Virus record (IMG/VR): IMGVR_UViG_3300025012_000083
Coordinates: 1,763-65,762 of that record
Strand: one strand, 5' to 3'
Length of the DNA stretch: 64,000 nt
From: a virus
Taxonomy: Duplodnaviria > Caudoviricetes
Shown here: one piece after another, positions 41,405 through 52,047 of the stretch
Numbering within the stretch: the stretch's first letter is position 1
How the letters are laid out: the number at the start of each line of letters is the position of its first letter
Notes under the pieces: model-generated
What the model was told of the DNA's origin: nothing
Seen by the model: only the letters and a program-made list of their open reading frames with translations
Database searches by the model: none
Made by a program: the position numbers and the translations under genes

Positions 41405-43465
41405 ATATTTATTTTATAATTTATAAAATATGCAAATGTTATTAAAAATATTTTCATCAAATTTTAGAGTATCGTATATATGATATAATTGATTCGTCTT
41501 GAGTTGTAAAATACACCCCCTCTATAGTAGAAGGGATAATTTGAGTGTGATATAATTGGTTAGGATCAACGGTTTTAAGGTTATTAATTGGATTAGATTG
41601 ATTAGGAATTTGTGATTAATTTTGGATGCATAATTATGAATTTAGGTGGGATAATTTTGTTCGATAGGATTTATGATATTTTATGATAATTTATATTTTA
41701 AGTTATGAAATTGAGTTAAGATCAAGTAGTTATTTACACCAGATAAATGTTGTGAGAGTAGTATTTATTAGTGTTTTGTGTTGGAAAGATTTATTGAGAT
41801 TATATGAGATTTTATTAAATTAATTTGTAAATTTATTTGACTTTTGAGAAGTTTTATGATTTGGAAATTGATTCGTATGAGTGGAAATTGTTGTGTTGAT
41901 TATGTTTTTGCGATGTGAGAACGAAGGGGAAATTGGAGATGATTTGTCTCGAAATCGATTTCTAAAATTTCGATGTGTAAACAAGTACTCTGCACATAAT
42001 GTCGAACCATGTCGAATAATAATTTGTAATCTAGGCCCCACCTATGCTAAAGTTGGCATGGAAATTGAAAGTGAATACAGAAGCAGGTTTTTGGTATAGT
42101 CTCTGCTTATGACAAACTCAAAATGACATAGGCCGTAAATGATGCGAACGCTGAAACCCGCATTATACAAGGGTTTTTACTAATATCTGAATGTGACACA
42201 ATGGGAATGTGTCACATTGGAGAGGAATGGAGGGTATAATTGTATGGGCCGGATGAATCTGAGAGTTTAGAAGGGCTATTTGTGGCAGAAATGATAAGAG
42301 GATAATGTCCTGGCTTTTATGATCGGCTGCAGTCGGAAATGATTTTGTCGAATTGATTATGATGGATAAAAATGGAATGAATGCAGAGATAATGAAGCCA
42401 ATCATTGGGCCTTAATGCTAATGTGCGTTATAACGCTCAAATAGTTCGGAATCTATAACATTGGCGAAACTGGCGAAGACTTTACAGTATACAAATGTAT
42501 ACCTAGTATATAAAAGATACTAACTATATTAAACATACTATTATACAATCACATAAACTCTTAATGCAGTCATATGAACTCATTATAATAAATCTAATCA
42601 CATAACCATCATATCTAATCTAATAACTTTGTAATACAATCACTTGACTACATTACACGTTTATTGTAATCGTTATCACATTATCCTATTACATTAACCA
42701 CTTTATATGATCGCAATGATCATATAGCATAAACATATATCTATAATTAAACCTAATACCAAATGATTTATTATACTATAATCCACACTATATTGCTATA
42801 CATTAATACTTACCATATCACTTAGTATTTATATCTTATCATTATACTATACATTAATACCAACTATATTACTATACTATAAATCAATATCATTTTACTA
42901 TACATTCCATCAAGCAAATACCATAAACAACTTAAAACATTTCTAATCAATTCTAATGCCAAAACACCCAATTCTACGACACACTAGGCAACGTGTAGAA
43001 AAATTTTAGTATAAACCATAAAATAAATATTTATAACCTAGTATAACCCTCTAAACCTTAAACGTCTTAAAAGGCCCATTCTGTGCCCCTCATGCGATTA
43101 CATTATTTTTGCATTTGTACACTCATTAAACTCACAATTAACATTGGCATACATATTGCATAATATACAGCAATACAAATAACTCTAGCAAATACAGCAC
43201 AATAAGCATAATATACAGCCTCTGTTACCGTTGATCCCACTCTATTTATTACATCTTATCTATCCATTATTACTTATATTTTACTTATCCTTAACATCAT
43301 ACCTCTATTAACTCTAAACGTCTTAAAACACACTTCTAGGGCCTATAAGCCCAACACAATAACCTTATTAACCTTCATTCTGTATGTACTAAATTTTAAC
43401 CTATATAATAGGAAACAATAATTCAGAAAATCTAAAATAATCTCTATAATACCTTACAAACCCAC

Positions 43466-43494
43466 TAGACACAACCCTCTATAAATGTTAAAAT
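43466..43494 (+). promoter_or_regulatory. First rightward sigmaA promoter
   Basis: TAGACA-N17-TAAAAT with extended -10 TG. Confidence 0.6.
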
Positions 43495-43526
43495 AAATAA
43501 ACAAATTGAATTAATAAAGGAGTTGT

Positions 43527-43961
43527 TTGCTAATGGCAAAGAAAATTAAATCCTCTAACACTGTTAGAAAACTAGAGGATACCAGTTGGTTAGCTCAAAT
43601 TGTCCAAGATAAAATGGATGTAGAGTCTAGTAAAATGGGGTTATATCCTTCAAGTCGTTGGAATGCATTAAATACCTTACATATCATCATCAATGAAGCA
43701 GACGATCAAACAAATGACAATATCTACTACGATACCTACAATAGAAAACAATCAATCACAATATGCGAAATACCATCACTGATAATGAAATATGGATATG
43801 ATTACGATATAGAAGGAATGCAAGCAAGACTAAGAGGACTTGCAGAAAGATATAAGGATGATGACGGAATGTACATTGTATCAGTCCTAACCACGAATGA
43901 TCTTAATAGTGCCACCATAAAAGATTTAGAAGAATTGATGTATCAAATAGGAACTCATTAA
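43527..43961 (+). CDS. Hypothetical early protein
   Basis: AAGGAG RBS, own promoter and terminator. Confidence 0.65.
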   Translation: MLMAKKIKSSNTVRKLEDTSWLAQIVQDKMDVESSKMGLYPSSRWNALNTLHIIINEADDQTNDNIYYDTYNRKQSITICEIPSLIMKYGYDYDIEGMQARLRGLAERYKDDDGMYIVSVLTTNDLNSATIKDLEELMYQIGTH

Positions 43962-44020
43962 AAAGGGAATCTAAAAATTTCCTTTTTTTCTATCTTTAAA
44001 CTTGAAAGGAGCAAAACAAA

Positions 44021-44170
44021 ATGAAGTGTGTAATTATTGTAAATGGCAAAATACTAAAAGAATATGATTCAGATAATATTAGAATATACAATACCAAAAA
44101 AGAAGCTGAATCAATAGCAAGGAATATTAAAGAATCAAAAATTATTGTTAAACCATTGAAGGAAGTTTAA
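44021..44170 (+). CDS. 49-aa peptide
   Basis: Not in ORF track; AAGGAG RBS, MKCVIIVNGKILKEYD..., followed by a terminator. Confidence 0.55.
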   Translation: MKCVIIVNGKILKEYDSDNIRIYNTKKEAESIARNIKESKIIVKPLKEV

Positions 44171-44427
44171 AAGACTTCCTTTTCTTTGTCTTATAATCTA
44201 TTCACTCTCATATCTAAATGCCTTAAAAGACCCTTCTAGCCTCTTATAATAGCATCTTATAACCTTAATTATCCTACATAATTTTAACCTAAATAATAGG
44301 AAGTAATAATAAGAAATACATTGCAAACTATAAAAATAAATATTATTCAACATGGTTTTTCCTATTGATTATATGCTATAATGTATATAGTAGATCAAAC
44401 AAATTAAATAAAAGGAGTTGCTTACAT

Positions 44428-44907
44428 ATGACTGCTACAGCTAACCTCTTAGGCTATACTGGCAAAGTAAATATCCTAGAAGAAACTACTACAGGTTACG
44501 AAATTGAATTACTCCAAGGAAATCTAAAAGGCAAAAGAACATTCGTTTCCAAAAGCTCCCAAAACGAAACAATAACAATTCCTAATCAAAAGTTTACATC
44601 TAAAATCTCCTACACTGTTTATAAAGAACTCAACGAAGACACAAATACCGAGCAAGTGCAACAAAGATATCTTGACTTAACCATAACAGCACAAACCGAA
44701 GAAATAGCAGAAAAATTATGGGATAATTGCTTTAACTACTTAGAAGAAAATGCAAGATTTAAAATTACTTGGATAGGATGTCCTGCAAAAGAGGAAGAAT
44801 TAAATGGAAAATTTAGTTACTCAGACAATATAGCAATATTTGACAAAGAAGAATATGAGGAACTAAAAGACCTATACAAAGAATGGAAGAAGTTAGGTAA
44901 GATATAA
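44428..44907 (+). CDS. Hypothetical early protein
   Basis: Start MTATANLL after AAGGAG; TGCTATAAT promoter upstream. Confidence 0.65.
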   Translation: MTATANLLGYTGKVNILEETTTGYEIELLQGNLKGKRTFVSKSSQNETITIPNQKFTSKISYTVYKELNEDTNTEQVQQRYLDLTITAQTEEIAEKLWDNCFNYLEENARFKITWIGCPAKEEELNGKFSYSDNIAIFDKEEYEELKDLYKEWKKLGKI

Positions 44908-45092
44908 AAAGTCTTACCTAACCTTTTGTCTATTTTTGTCATAACAAAATCATTATAACAGCATAACAATTTACTTATAACAAATCTGATCATTGCAATA
45001 TTAAAATAATTATAATTATTTGACATATACCATAACATTTGATAATATTAAGAAAATTATCTAAATTTAAAGAAAGGAGAATTAATATAAGT

Positions 45093-45543
45093 ATGAGTAA
45101 ACAAACGTTAGAATTTGAAATGCAGGCAATTTATAAAACTGTAGAATTAAATCTTAAAAAAGACCATAATTATATACACAGGGTAATACTAAAAGAAACA
45201 GTATTCGAATATATCAGAAATATTTTAATAGAAATGCAAAACGACGATATTATTATCTACGGCTTATCTAAAGAATATGAAAAGGCATATACTGATTTTG
45301 AAAAATTAATTAAGAAAGAAGGTTAAAACAATAATGCAAGAAAAAGATATCTATATTGTCAATGCTAAATTACGATTTAATGATAATAAAGAAGAAACTA
45401 TACCTTTTTATGTAGATCGTGATACAATGGGTAAAGCTGAAGCAATAGTAGAAGAATGGCTGCTATCTGGAAAATCTGGTTATTATTTTACTAAAATATT
45501 AGCTATACGTGCAGATCATAATATATTATTATTAACTGACTAA
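45093..45543 (+). CDS. Two small hypothetical ORFs (45093-45326 and 45334-45543)
   Basis: TTGACA promoter at 45020, RBSs, terminator at 45542. Confidence 0.6.
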
Positions 45544-45811
45544 GGACTTCTAGCAGAGTCCTTTTTCTTTTTGTCTATAATTGTACCACTATGCTATATA
45601 AAACGTATTATAAGTCATTCTGGAGCCTCTGACATCAATCTATTATCCTTATATCAATACTACCCTATCCAATCGTCTTGTAAACACTAATATAAAATAT
45701 ATTGACAACTGCAAAATGAATTTATATACTCTTAATTAATCCACCTTATCAGTAATTCAATTACATACCAAATACTAAAAATACATAAATAAAAAAAGGA
45801 AGTGCAACCTC

Positions 45812-46195
45812 ATGGCAAAAAATCTTAAACCTACAAATCTCAAAAAATTATCTCAAATCAAAACCACAAACGGTTTCCGCATCGACCTAGCAAACTACAT
45901 GTATAATCCATCATACGACCACGAATACCCAAACTTAATCCAATGCACCCATGAAACCACAACTGAGCGATTCTACACCAATATCAAATACTTTAAACGT
46001 TACAATGGCACTGGATATTATTCAACAGAAACCTACTCACACAAAATAGATCCTTCTAACTCCTGGAGCATTGCAAACAGTCTAAAGGAAACAGAACTAG
46101 AAGAATCTAACAGATTTAGCATGAAGAGACTAATAGAACTGGCTGAACAAATTAAACTAGAAAACATTCCGGCAATTGCTGAAGCAGCACGTTAA
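45812..46195 (+). CDS. Hypothetical early protein
   Basis: TTGACA-N17-TATACT at 45702, RBS, terminator at 46224. Confidence 0.65.
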   Translation: MAKNLKPTNLKKLSQIKTTNGFRIDLANYMYNPSYDHEYPNLIQCTHETTTERFYTNIKYFKRYNGTGYYSTETYSHKIDPSNSWSIANSLKETELEESNRFSMKRLIELAEQIKLENIPAIAEAAR

Positions 46196-46601
46196 ACATA
46201 AATCACAAAATAAAATCCAAATTGAGGCTCTAACGAGTCTCTTTTCTATTCCCTAACATTCCCTCATCCATCCACCAAAACCATCTCACAATCAATCCTA
46301 GTGCATATCAGATTATATTCCGCTATAATCTAAAATACATATTCCCGATCACAACAAAATAAACCATAAAATAAATATTGACATATTATATCCCATCATG
46401 TTATAATTAATTTTACCCAATTATACAAAATAAATTTATAAAAAGGAGTTGAGCGAACCATACTAATTATTATTAATTTTGTTATTTGCATCTATAGATT
46501 CGGCTATACATAATAATCTAATCAATTATCTGTCTTTAATCATTGCATCATTTAATCACTGTATCAGAAAAAAATAAAATAATGAAAGAGTTAATATAAA
46601 A

Positions 46602-46823
46602 ATGAAATATAATGACTTTGAATCAACTATACTAGATATGCTCTACAATTCTTATGGTCCTAATGAACTGGAAGAAGAGCAAGAGCCGCAAGTATTAAAC
46701 CTAAAATACATCTTGGAATACTGCAATGAATATTCTTTAGAATCAGATCCAGACATAATATATCATGAATGGATACAATTATATGAGGGTAACGATGCAA
46801 TCATACTAGAAATATCATACTAG
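46602..46823 (+). CDS. Small acidic protein
   Basis: 73 aa, Glu/Asp-rich; promoter at 46378. Confidence 0.55.
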   Translation: MKYNDFESTILDMLYNSYGPNELEEEQEPQVLNLKYILEYCNEYSLESDPDIIYHEWIQLYEGNDAIILEISY

Positions 46824-46929
46824 AAATGATTATGGAAGAATACATGCGTATTATTGAAAGAAGCACTGGGAAAGTAATAATTAGACATCCAAAACAAAGA
46901 AAAGTAATTAATCTAGAAGGAGAAAAATA

Positions 46930-48177
46930 ATGAATATATTTAATTTATACGTTGGTTTAATTATTAAAAACTATAAAGAACTCTGTGCTATATTAGGGAT
47001 ACCAGTTAAGGCCAGCACAAACAGTAAACAAGCGCAATATAAGGAAATGGATAGATACTTTAAATATCACAAAGAAGGGAATAAGTTTATCATTGATGAA
47101 ATATACCTTGAAGCATTACCTAAAATTGATAATAGAATATTTAATAAAGGAGGAGCAAACAACGTCACGGAATACACAAAATACATAGAAAACTTAATAT
47201 TAGATTTATTAGTGCAAGGAGGAAGTAAAAAACAAGGTTTTGGGAGAGTATTCTTATCTAAAAATCAATTATTCAAAGAATTTCATATGATTAATGATAA
47301 TTACGTTTTCTGCAAGCGCAGAATATTAAAATTGTCTAAATTTATGAATATTAGCAAAGAGACTGTAGAAGAATGGTATGATCTAAACGATGATATGTTA
47401 GAAAGAAATTTAAACCAAGCACTTAAAAGTCTAGAAAACCAATCATTAATATTATGGTCAAGGGAGTTAACCGTGGCTGAAGCAATAGTAATGGCAGAAG
47501 TGACAAAGGATGGAACTGAAATAGTAAAAAGAAAATATATGGATAAATATGACGAGGAACAAATTGATTATAAATATCGTGCCGATGATGAAATACAATT
47601 GAACTATAGAGAAGGTACTGATAAGGAAAAGACATTTATCTTAGAAACTGAAAAAGAAATAATGAAAGAATTAGGATGTGATAGTAAACAGAAGGTTATT
47701 AAGTTTGGAATGTGGGAAACCTTTAAAAATAAAGTTGATGATATAGTATTGAAAAAATTGAATATTGCTTTTTACTATAAAAGTTATAAAATATTATTTA
47801 ACGAGAAACATATCAAAGAGGCCATAGATGATATTTATGGTAAATGTGAACTGGTAGAAGATGAAAAAATTAGCAGTAAATATCTTATTAATACTGATGT
47901 AATGGATAGAACTATCACAAATGCAGAAAATAGACATGAAAAAGCATTAGAAGAAAAGTCTAAAATCATCGGAAAACTTAAAGATGATAAAGAAGGTAAA
48001 AGAACTAAAAGAAGGGCTGAGAAAAACTATATAGATGATAATATAGAATTAGGAAATAGTTTGATATTTATAAATGCCACAAATATTAAAGATTCAGTCA
48101 AGAAAACTAAATTAGATGCTATTGTTAATATAAACATGGATGAATTATTAGAAAAATTGTTAGATGAATTAGAGTAA
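46930..48177 (+). CDS. Large phage DNA-binding protein of unknown function
   Basis: 415 aa; KNYKELC.ILG...KEGNKFIIDEIY N-terminal motif; GAAGGAG RBS. Confidence 0.6.
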   Translation: MNIFNLYVGLIIKNYKELCAILGIPVKASTNSKQAQYKEMDRYFKYHKEGNKFIIDEIYLEALPKIDNRIFNKGGANNVTEYTKYIENLILDLLVQGGSKKQGFGRVFLSKNQLFKEFHMINDNYVFCKRRILKLSKFMNISKETVEEWYDLNDDMLERNLNQALKSLENQSLILWSRELTVAEAIVMAEVTKDGTEIVKRKYMDKYDEEQIDYKYRADDEIQLNYREGTDKEKTFILETEKEIMKELGCDSKQKVIKFGMWETFKNKVDDIVLKKLNIAFYYKSYKILFNEKHIKEAIDDIYGKCELVEDEKISSKYLINTDVMDRTITNAENRHEKALEEKSKIIGKLKDDKEGKRTKRRAEKNYIDDNIELGNSLIFINATNIKDSVKKTKLDAIVNINMDELLEKLLDELE

Positions 48178-48541
48178 TAAATAAAATCGCTCATAATTGA
48201 CATGGCCTTTATATTATAGTTATTATGGGGACTTCAATTATGGTCGATTCTTTATAAAATCTCTAAAAACAATAGCTTGCAGCGCCTTTTCAATTTTGAG
48301 TAAACTCAAAATAGCATTTATCAACTCTTTATCAACTCCATTCTAATAATCCCTTAAATATAGACAAAGGGGAACGCAACATAATTTCCGGCAAGTGTGC
48401 GGAAATTCTGGTTATATTTTCTTAATCAATTTTCTCTTTTTATATCCTAAAGATAAAAATAAAATACTTTACAAAACATAATCCTATCTATATAATACTA
48501 ATCAATATCAAAATACATAAAAAGAAAGAAGGTACACACTA

Positions 48542-48859
48542 ATGAAAAAATTATTATCTATCCTAACCCTTTCCATTTCCCTCCTAACATCTTCCATCCT
48601 CACAACTTCCGCTTCACCCACAATTCAACCCAACTCCGATACATCCTACACAATGATAGCACTAGCCACACAAAGCACCTATAATCCTTCAGATTCCTGC
48701 TATCATACAACTCTACAAAATGAGAATGGAAATACCTTTATAGTCCTAACTGCTGACAATGTAAAAGACAAATGGTTTTCTTGCTCAGTGGATAGCAATA
48801 ATACACCGGAAAACATAAAAGATGATAAAATTATTGATTTAGGATTGCTAGAAGACTAA
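48542..48859 (+). CDS. Secreted small protein
   Basis: Sec signal peptide MKKLLSILTLSISLLTSSILTTSA; own promoter at 48468. Confidence 0.65.
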   Translation: MKKLLSILTLSISLLTSSILTTSASPTIQPNSDTSYTMIALATQSTYNPSDSCYHTTLQNENGNTFIVLTADNVKDKWFSCSVDSNNTPENIKDDKIIDLGLLED

Positions 48860-48974
48860 ATACTAAAATAAAATTATACCATTGCAAAACTATTCAACCT
48901 ATGCTATATTTATGGCATAGGTTTTTACTGTAATCAATTCAAATCTAAAATATTAGAAAGAAGGTAAAATACAT

Positions 48975-49523
48975 ATGATCAAATTAACCGAACTCAAGCG
49001 CATGATAAAAGCCAACAACTTGAACCCTTGTTTTTATGCTGAAGGATTAAATAATGTCATTTTCAACTATAAGCAACAACTTACCATTATTTTAAAGCAA
49101 ATTGACCAACCAAAACTATTTGCTTATTTACAATCAACTAATTATGTCTCTGCTGATTTAAAATTTACTCCATATAATCTGGATATGGATCTTAAAAATA
49201 AATTTGAGAGAATCACAGCTAACAAACTAGAACATACACAAATGCTAGTGGATACTGGAATACAATTCCACAAAAAAGGAAAATGGAAAGATGAGCAGAA
49301 AATTCTTTACAAAGTATTCAAAACTGAAAAAGGATTAATGAAGATTAAAGACGAATATCTTTGCATCTTGAATCAGAACATTAAAAAAGGAGTCATGTTA
49401 AAAACTAATGAAGCACATTCAATGGTATTTATCTATAATAATACCTTTGATATTATCGGTGTTTGCATGGGAGAAAAATTCGAAATGAGCGAACTAACAG
49501 AATATACACAATGGGGATCTTAA
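48975..49523 (+). CDS. Hypothetical early protein
   Basis: Promoter at 48882, RBS, terminator at 49522. Confidence 0.6.
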   Translation: MIKLTELKRMIKANNLNPCFYAEGLNNVIFNYKQQLTIILKQIDQPKLFAYLQSTNYVSADLKFTPYNLDMDLKNKFERITANKLEHTQMLVDTGIQFHKKGKWKDEQKILYKVFKTEKGLMKIKDEYLCILNQNIKKGVMLKTNEAHSMVFIYNNTFDIIGVCMGEKFEMSELTEYTQWGS

Positions 49524-49630
49524 GGAGCTTTACAGCTTCTTTTTTCTTTGCTTAATACAATTTCCCTCCATCTATATCTAATCTCTTACAATCCCTATCC
49601 ACGGGCCCTTAAAACCTAAAATAAAACAGT

Positions 49631-49659
49631 TTGACATTGTGTTATTTATCCTTTATAAT
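49631..49659 (+). promoter_or_regulatory. Consensus sigmaA promoter
   Basis: TTGACA-N17-TATAAT. Confidence 0.8.
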
Positions 49660-49697
49660 CTTACTTAGTTACATAAATAAATTATTGGAGGAATAAA

Positions 49698-50886
49698 ATG
49701 TTTACAATTGATAAAATCAAATACCACGTACACGAGCAAATAATCAAAACTATTGATCTTTGTGTAAAACTTCAAGAAATTGACACACTGGAAAAATGGC
49801 TGAAAGATTGTAACACAGAGATTCAGCGCAGGGAATCAGAAAAAGAGAATACTTATCCTTTGTTTTATGAGAAAGCATATTTGGAAATGGTATTAGGGAA
49901 TCATTAATTTGATTCTCTTTTCTTTTGTCTCTGTTTTGTCTATTCTCCTTATCTTATCCCTTATAATCCTTCCAGACCTTCCACGATGTCATATAAGCCC
50001 TCAGATAATCAAACTAATACAAAATACACCACTAAAGTACAATAAAGGCCACAAACACAAATATAAAATATATGGTTGACATAGCCTTATTATTTTAGTA
50101 TTATAATTAGTAATTACATAAATAATTTAATAAAAGGAGTGCTTACGAATGACTGAAATTACACACGCTTACGGATCTTACAGAATGAAATTAACTCCAT
50201 ATATCACACTGGACGAAAATGGAGAAATAAACAACGAAAAATCCTACGCTCAAGTATCTGTATCTGATTTAGGAAATTTAAAATGGCCATTAATGTGGAG
50301 CAAACCTTTTCCACTAGCTGAAGCTCATGCAGCAATGACATTGTTTGAAGGCATAGGACATTTCCCTATAATGGATGTTTAAGAACCTTTTTAGGTTCTT
50401 TATTTTTCTAAATTAAATATTAAGGAGTGATCACAACATGAATCAAAAAACTTGGGAGTTAAAAAACACTAAGGAAACTACTGATTATATTTGTTGCAAT
50501 TGTCAAGAAAATATTATACATCATTCTCATTATACGGATCATAGGTTCTGTGAAGAGTGCAGGAATTATATTATCAATAGTTTTAATACGATGGAGGATA
50601 AAGAAAGTAAAAATAGATATTTTAACAGTGAAGACTTTTTAGATTCTGTATATGAGGAATTGAGTCCTAAATATTATGGAATTGATGAAAGATTTTAAAG
50701 GAGGGATTAAAACAAATGTCAAAACAATTTTTACATGATATTAAAATAATTTTTAAAATTTTAAAGGAAATATTTATATCTATTTTCTTTCCATTAACCG
50801 TGGAGCAAAAACTAGAAAGAATATTTGGGAAAGATAAACCATATAGACAAGACGAATTATTTGATGATTATTACGATTATCACTAA
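49698..50886 (+). CDS. Four small ORFs (49698-49907, 50149-50382, 50438-50698, 50716-50886)
   Basis: Each with an RBS; promoters at 49631 and 50076; terminators at 50381 and 50885. Confidence 0.6.
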
Positions 50887-51229
50887 GAGGCTGAAAACAG
50901 TCTCTTTTCTTTTTGTGTTAACACATTATACCAGTTATCAATTCCGGTAATTAAAACTCTTGTTTTATCCTATTGTATAAAGTGTAAAATAATTTTCCAA
51001 AATCTATTTTACAAACATATAAAAATTATGGTAAAATGAGAAGAACGCTAAATCTAATTTATTATTTATCCTTCACTCGTGTACATTTGTGTCTATAGTT
51101 AGTACACCACCAAGGCGAACATATTTCATAAATTCAATTAAAAATATCGTTTCTATAGACCATAAAAGAGTAAATCTAAATATAAAATATTTACTTGACA
51201 TTCATTCAAATAAGACTATAATAGTAATT

Positions 51230-51343
51230 AGATAAGTGGTATGTACCGAAATGGACGCAAGGTTAACCTCTTCGACTGTAGTTCCTAGAGCGTAGGCAGT
51301 AGAACGTTTTCCCTTAATCTCCTCTATGAGATATCACTTATCT
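51230..51343 (+). ncRNA. Structured 5' leader or small RNA
   Basis: Starts just after TTGACA-N16-TATAAT; AGATAAGTGGTAT pairs with ATATCACTTATCT and encloses internal hairpins. Confidence 0.45.
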
Positions 51344-51380
51344 AAAACCTAAATCAAACAACCTTTAAGGAGGAATACAT

Positions 51381-52004
51381 ATGGCTAAAGCAATCAAAAC
51401 TGAAAAATCCCTTCCAATGGTTCCAGTGATCGAAGAATTTTTAGCACAATGGAAACAAAGAGCTTTTGCATTTTACTCCCCATACTACAAGAAAAGTCAA
51501 TTCCTAGAAAAGCAGCACGAAGATGCCCACAAGGAATTAAATCAAGCGCAGGAGAAAATTGAAAAACCTTTAAAAGATGAGATAAAACCCATGATGGTAG
51601 AACTTGATAAAATGGAAGTCAATGACGAAAGCAGAGCGTATTGGGAAACTATACAGGCAAAACAAGAAAATGTAAAAAGGATGATGGTTCCATATTTTAA
51701 CAGGTATCAAATTACTATGAAAGATAATCAAGAATTTATCAAAGAGAATCGGGAATTTATTATCTGGAATAGTAAAATCAATTTAGATCAAGCACTTGAC
51801 CGTGAAGTATTAAGTAAAAAGAAAACACTGTTTACTAGAATTCTTAAAAAGACAGGCAATATCTTGGATGCAAAATTGAACATAGGAGCAAACGGAGAAA
51901 TTAATGGAACGATTGCAGGAGATATTGCAACAGTAAAAGTTGAAACAATATACGCAGGAGGCCACAACATACAATGTTTACACTATAGGGTACTAGTAAA
52001 GTAA
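51381..52004 (+). CDS. Conserved phage protein
   Basis: 207 aa, coiled N-terminus, C-terminal VETIYAGGHNIQCLHYRVLVK. Confidence 0.7.
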   Translation: MAKAIKTEKSLPMVPVIEEFLAQWKQRAFAFYSPYYKKSQFLEKQHEDAHKELNQAQEKIEKPLKDEIKPMMVELDKMEVNDESRAYWETIQAKQENVKRMMVPYFNRYQITMKDNQEFIKENREFIIWNSKINLDQALDREVLSKKKTLFTRILKKTGNILDAKLNIGANGEINGTIAGDIATVKVETIYAGGHNIQCLHYRVLVK

Positions 52005-52047
52005 AGGACTTGAAATATAGTCCTTTCTTTTTCTTAATATAAGGGAG

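Noticed and set aside
41820-42405. ORFs in the strand-switch region (41820-42041, 41881-42099, 42163-42405)
   Set aside because: No RBS, atypical composition, and the first two overlap on opposite strands; likely spurious.
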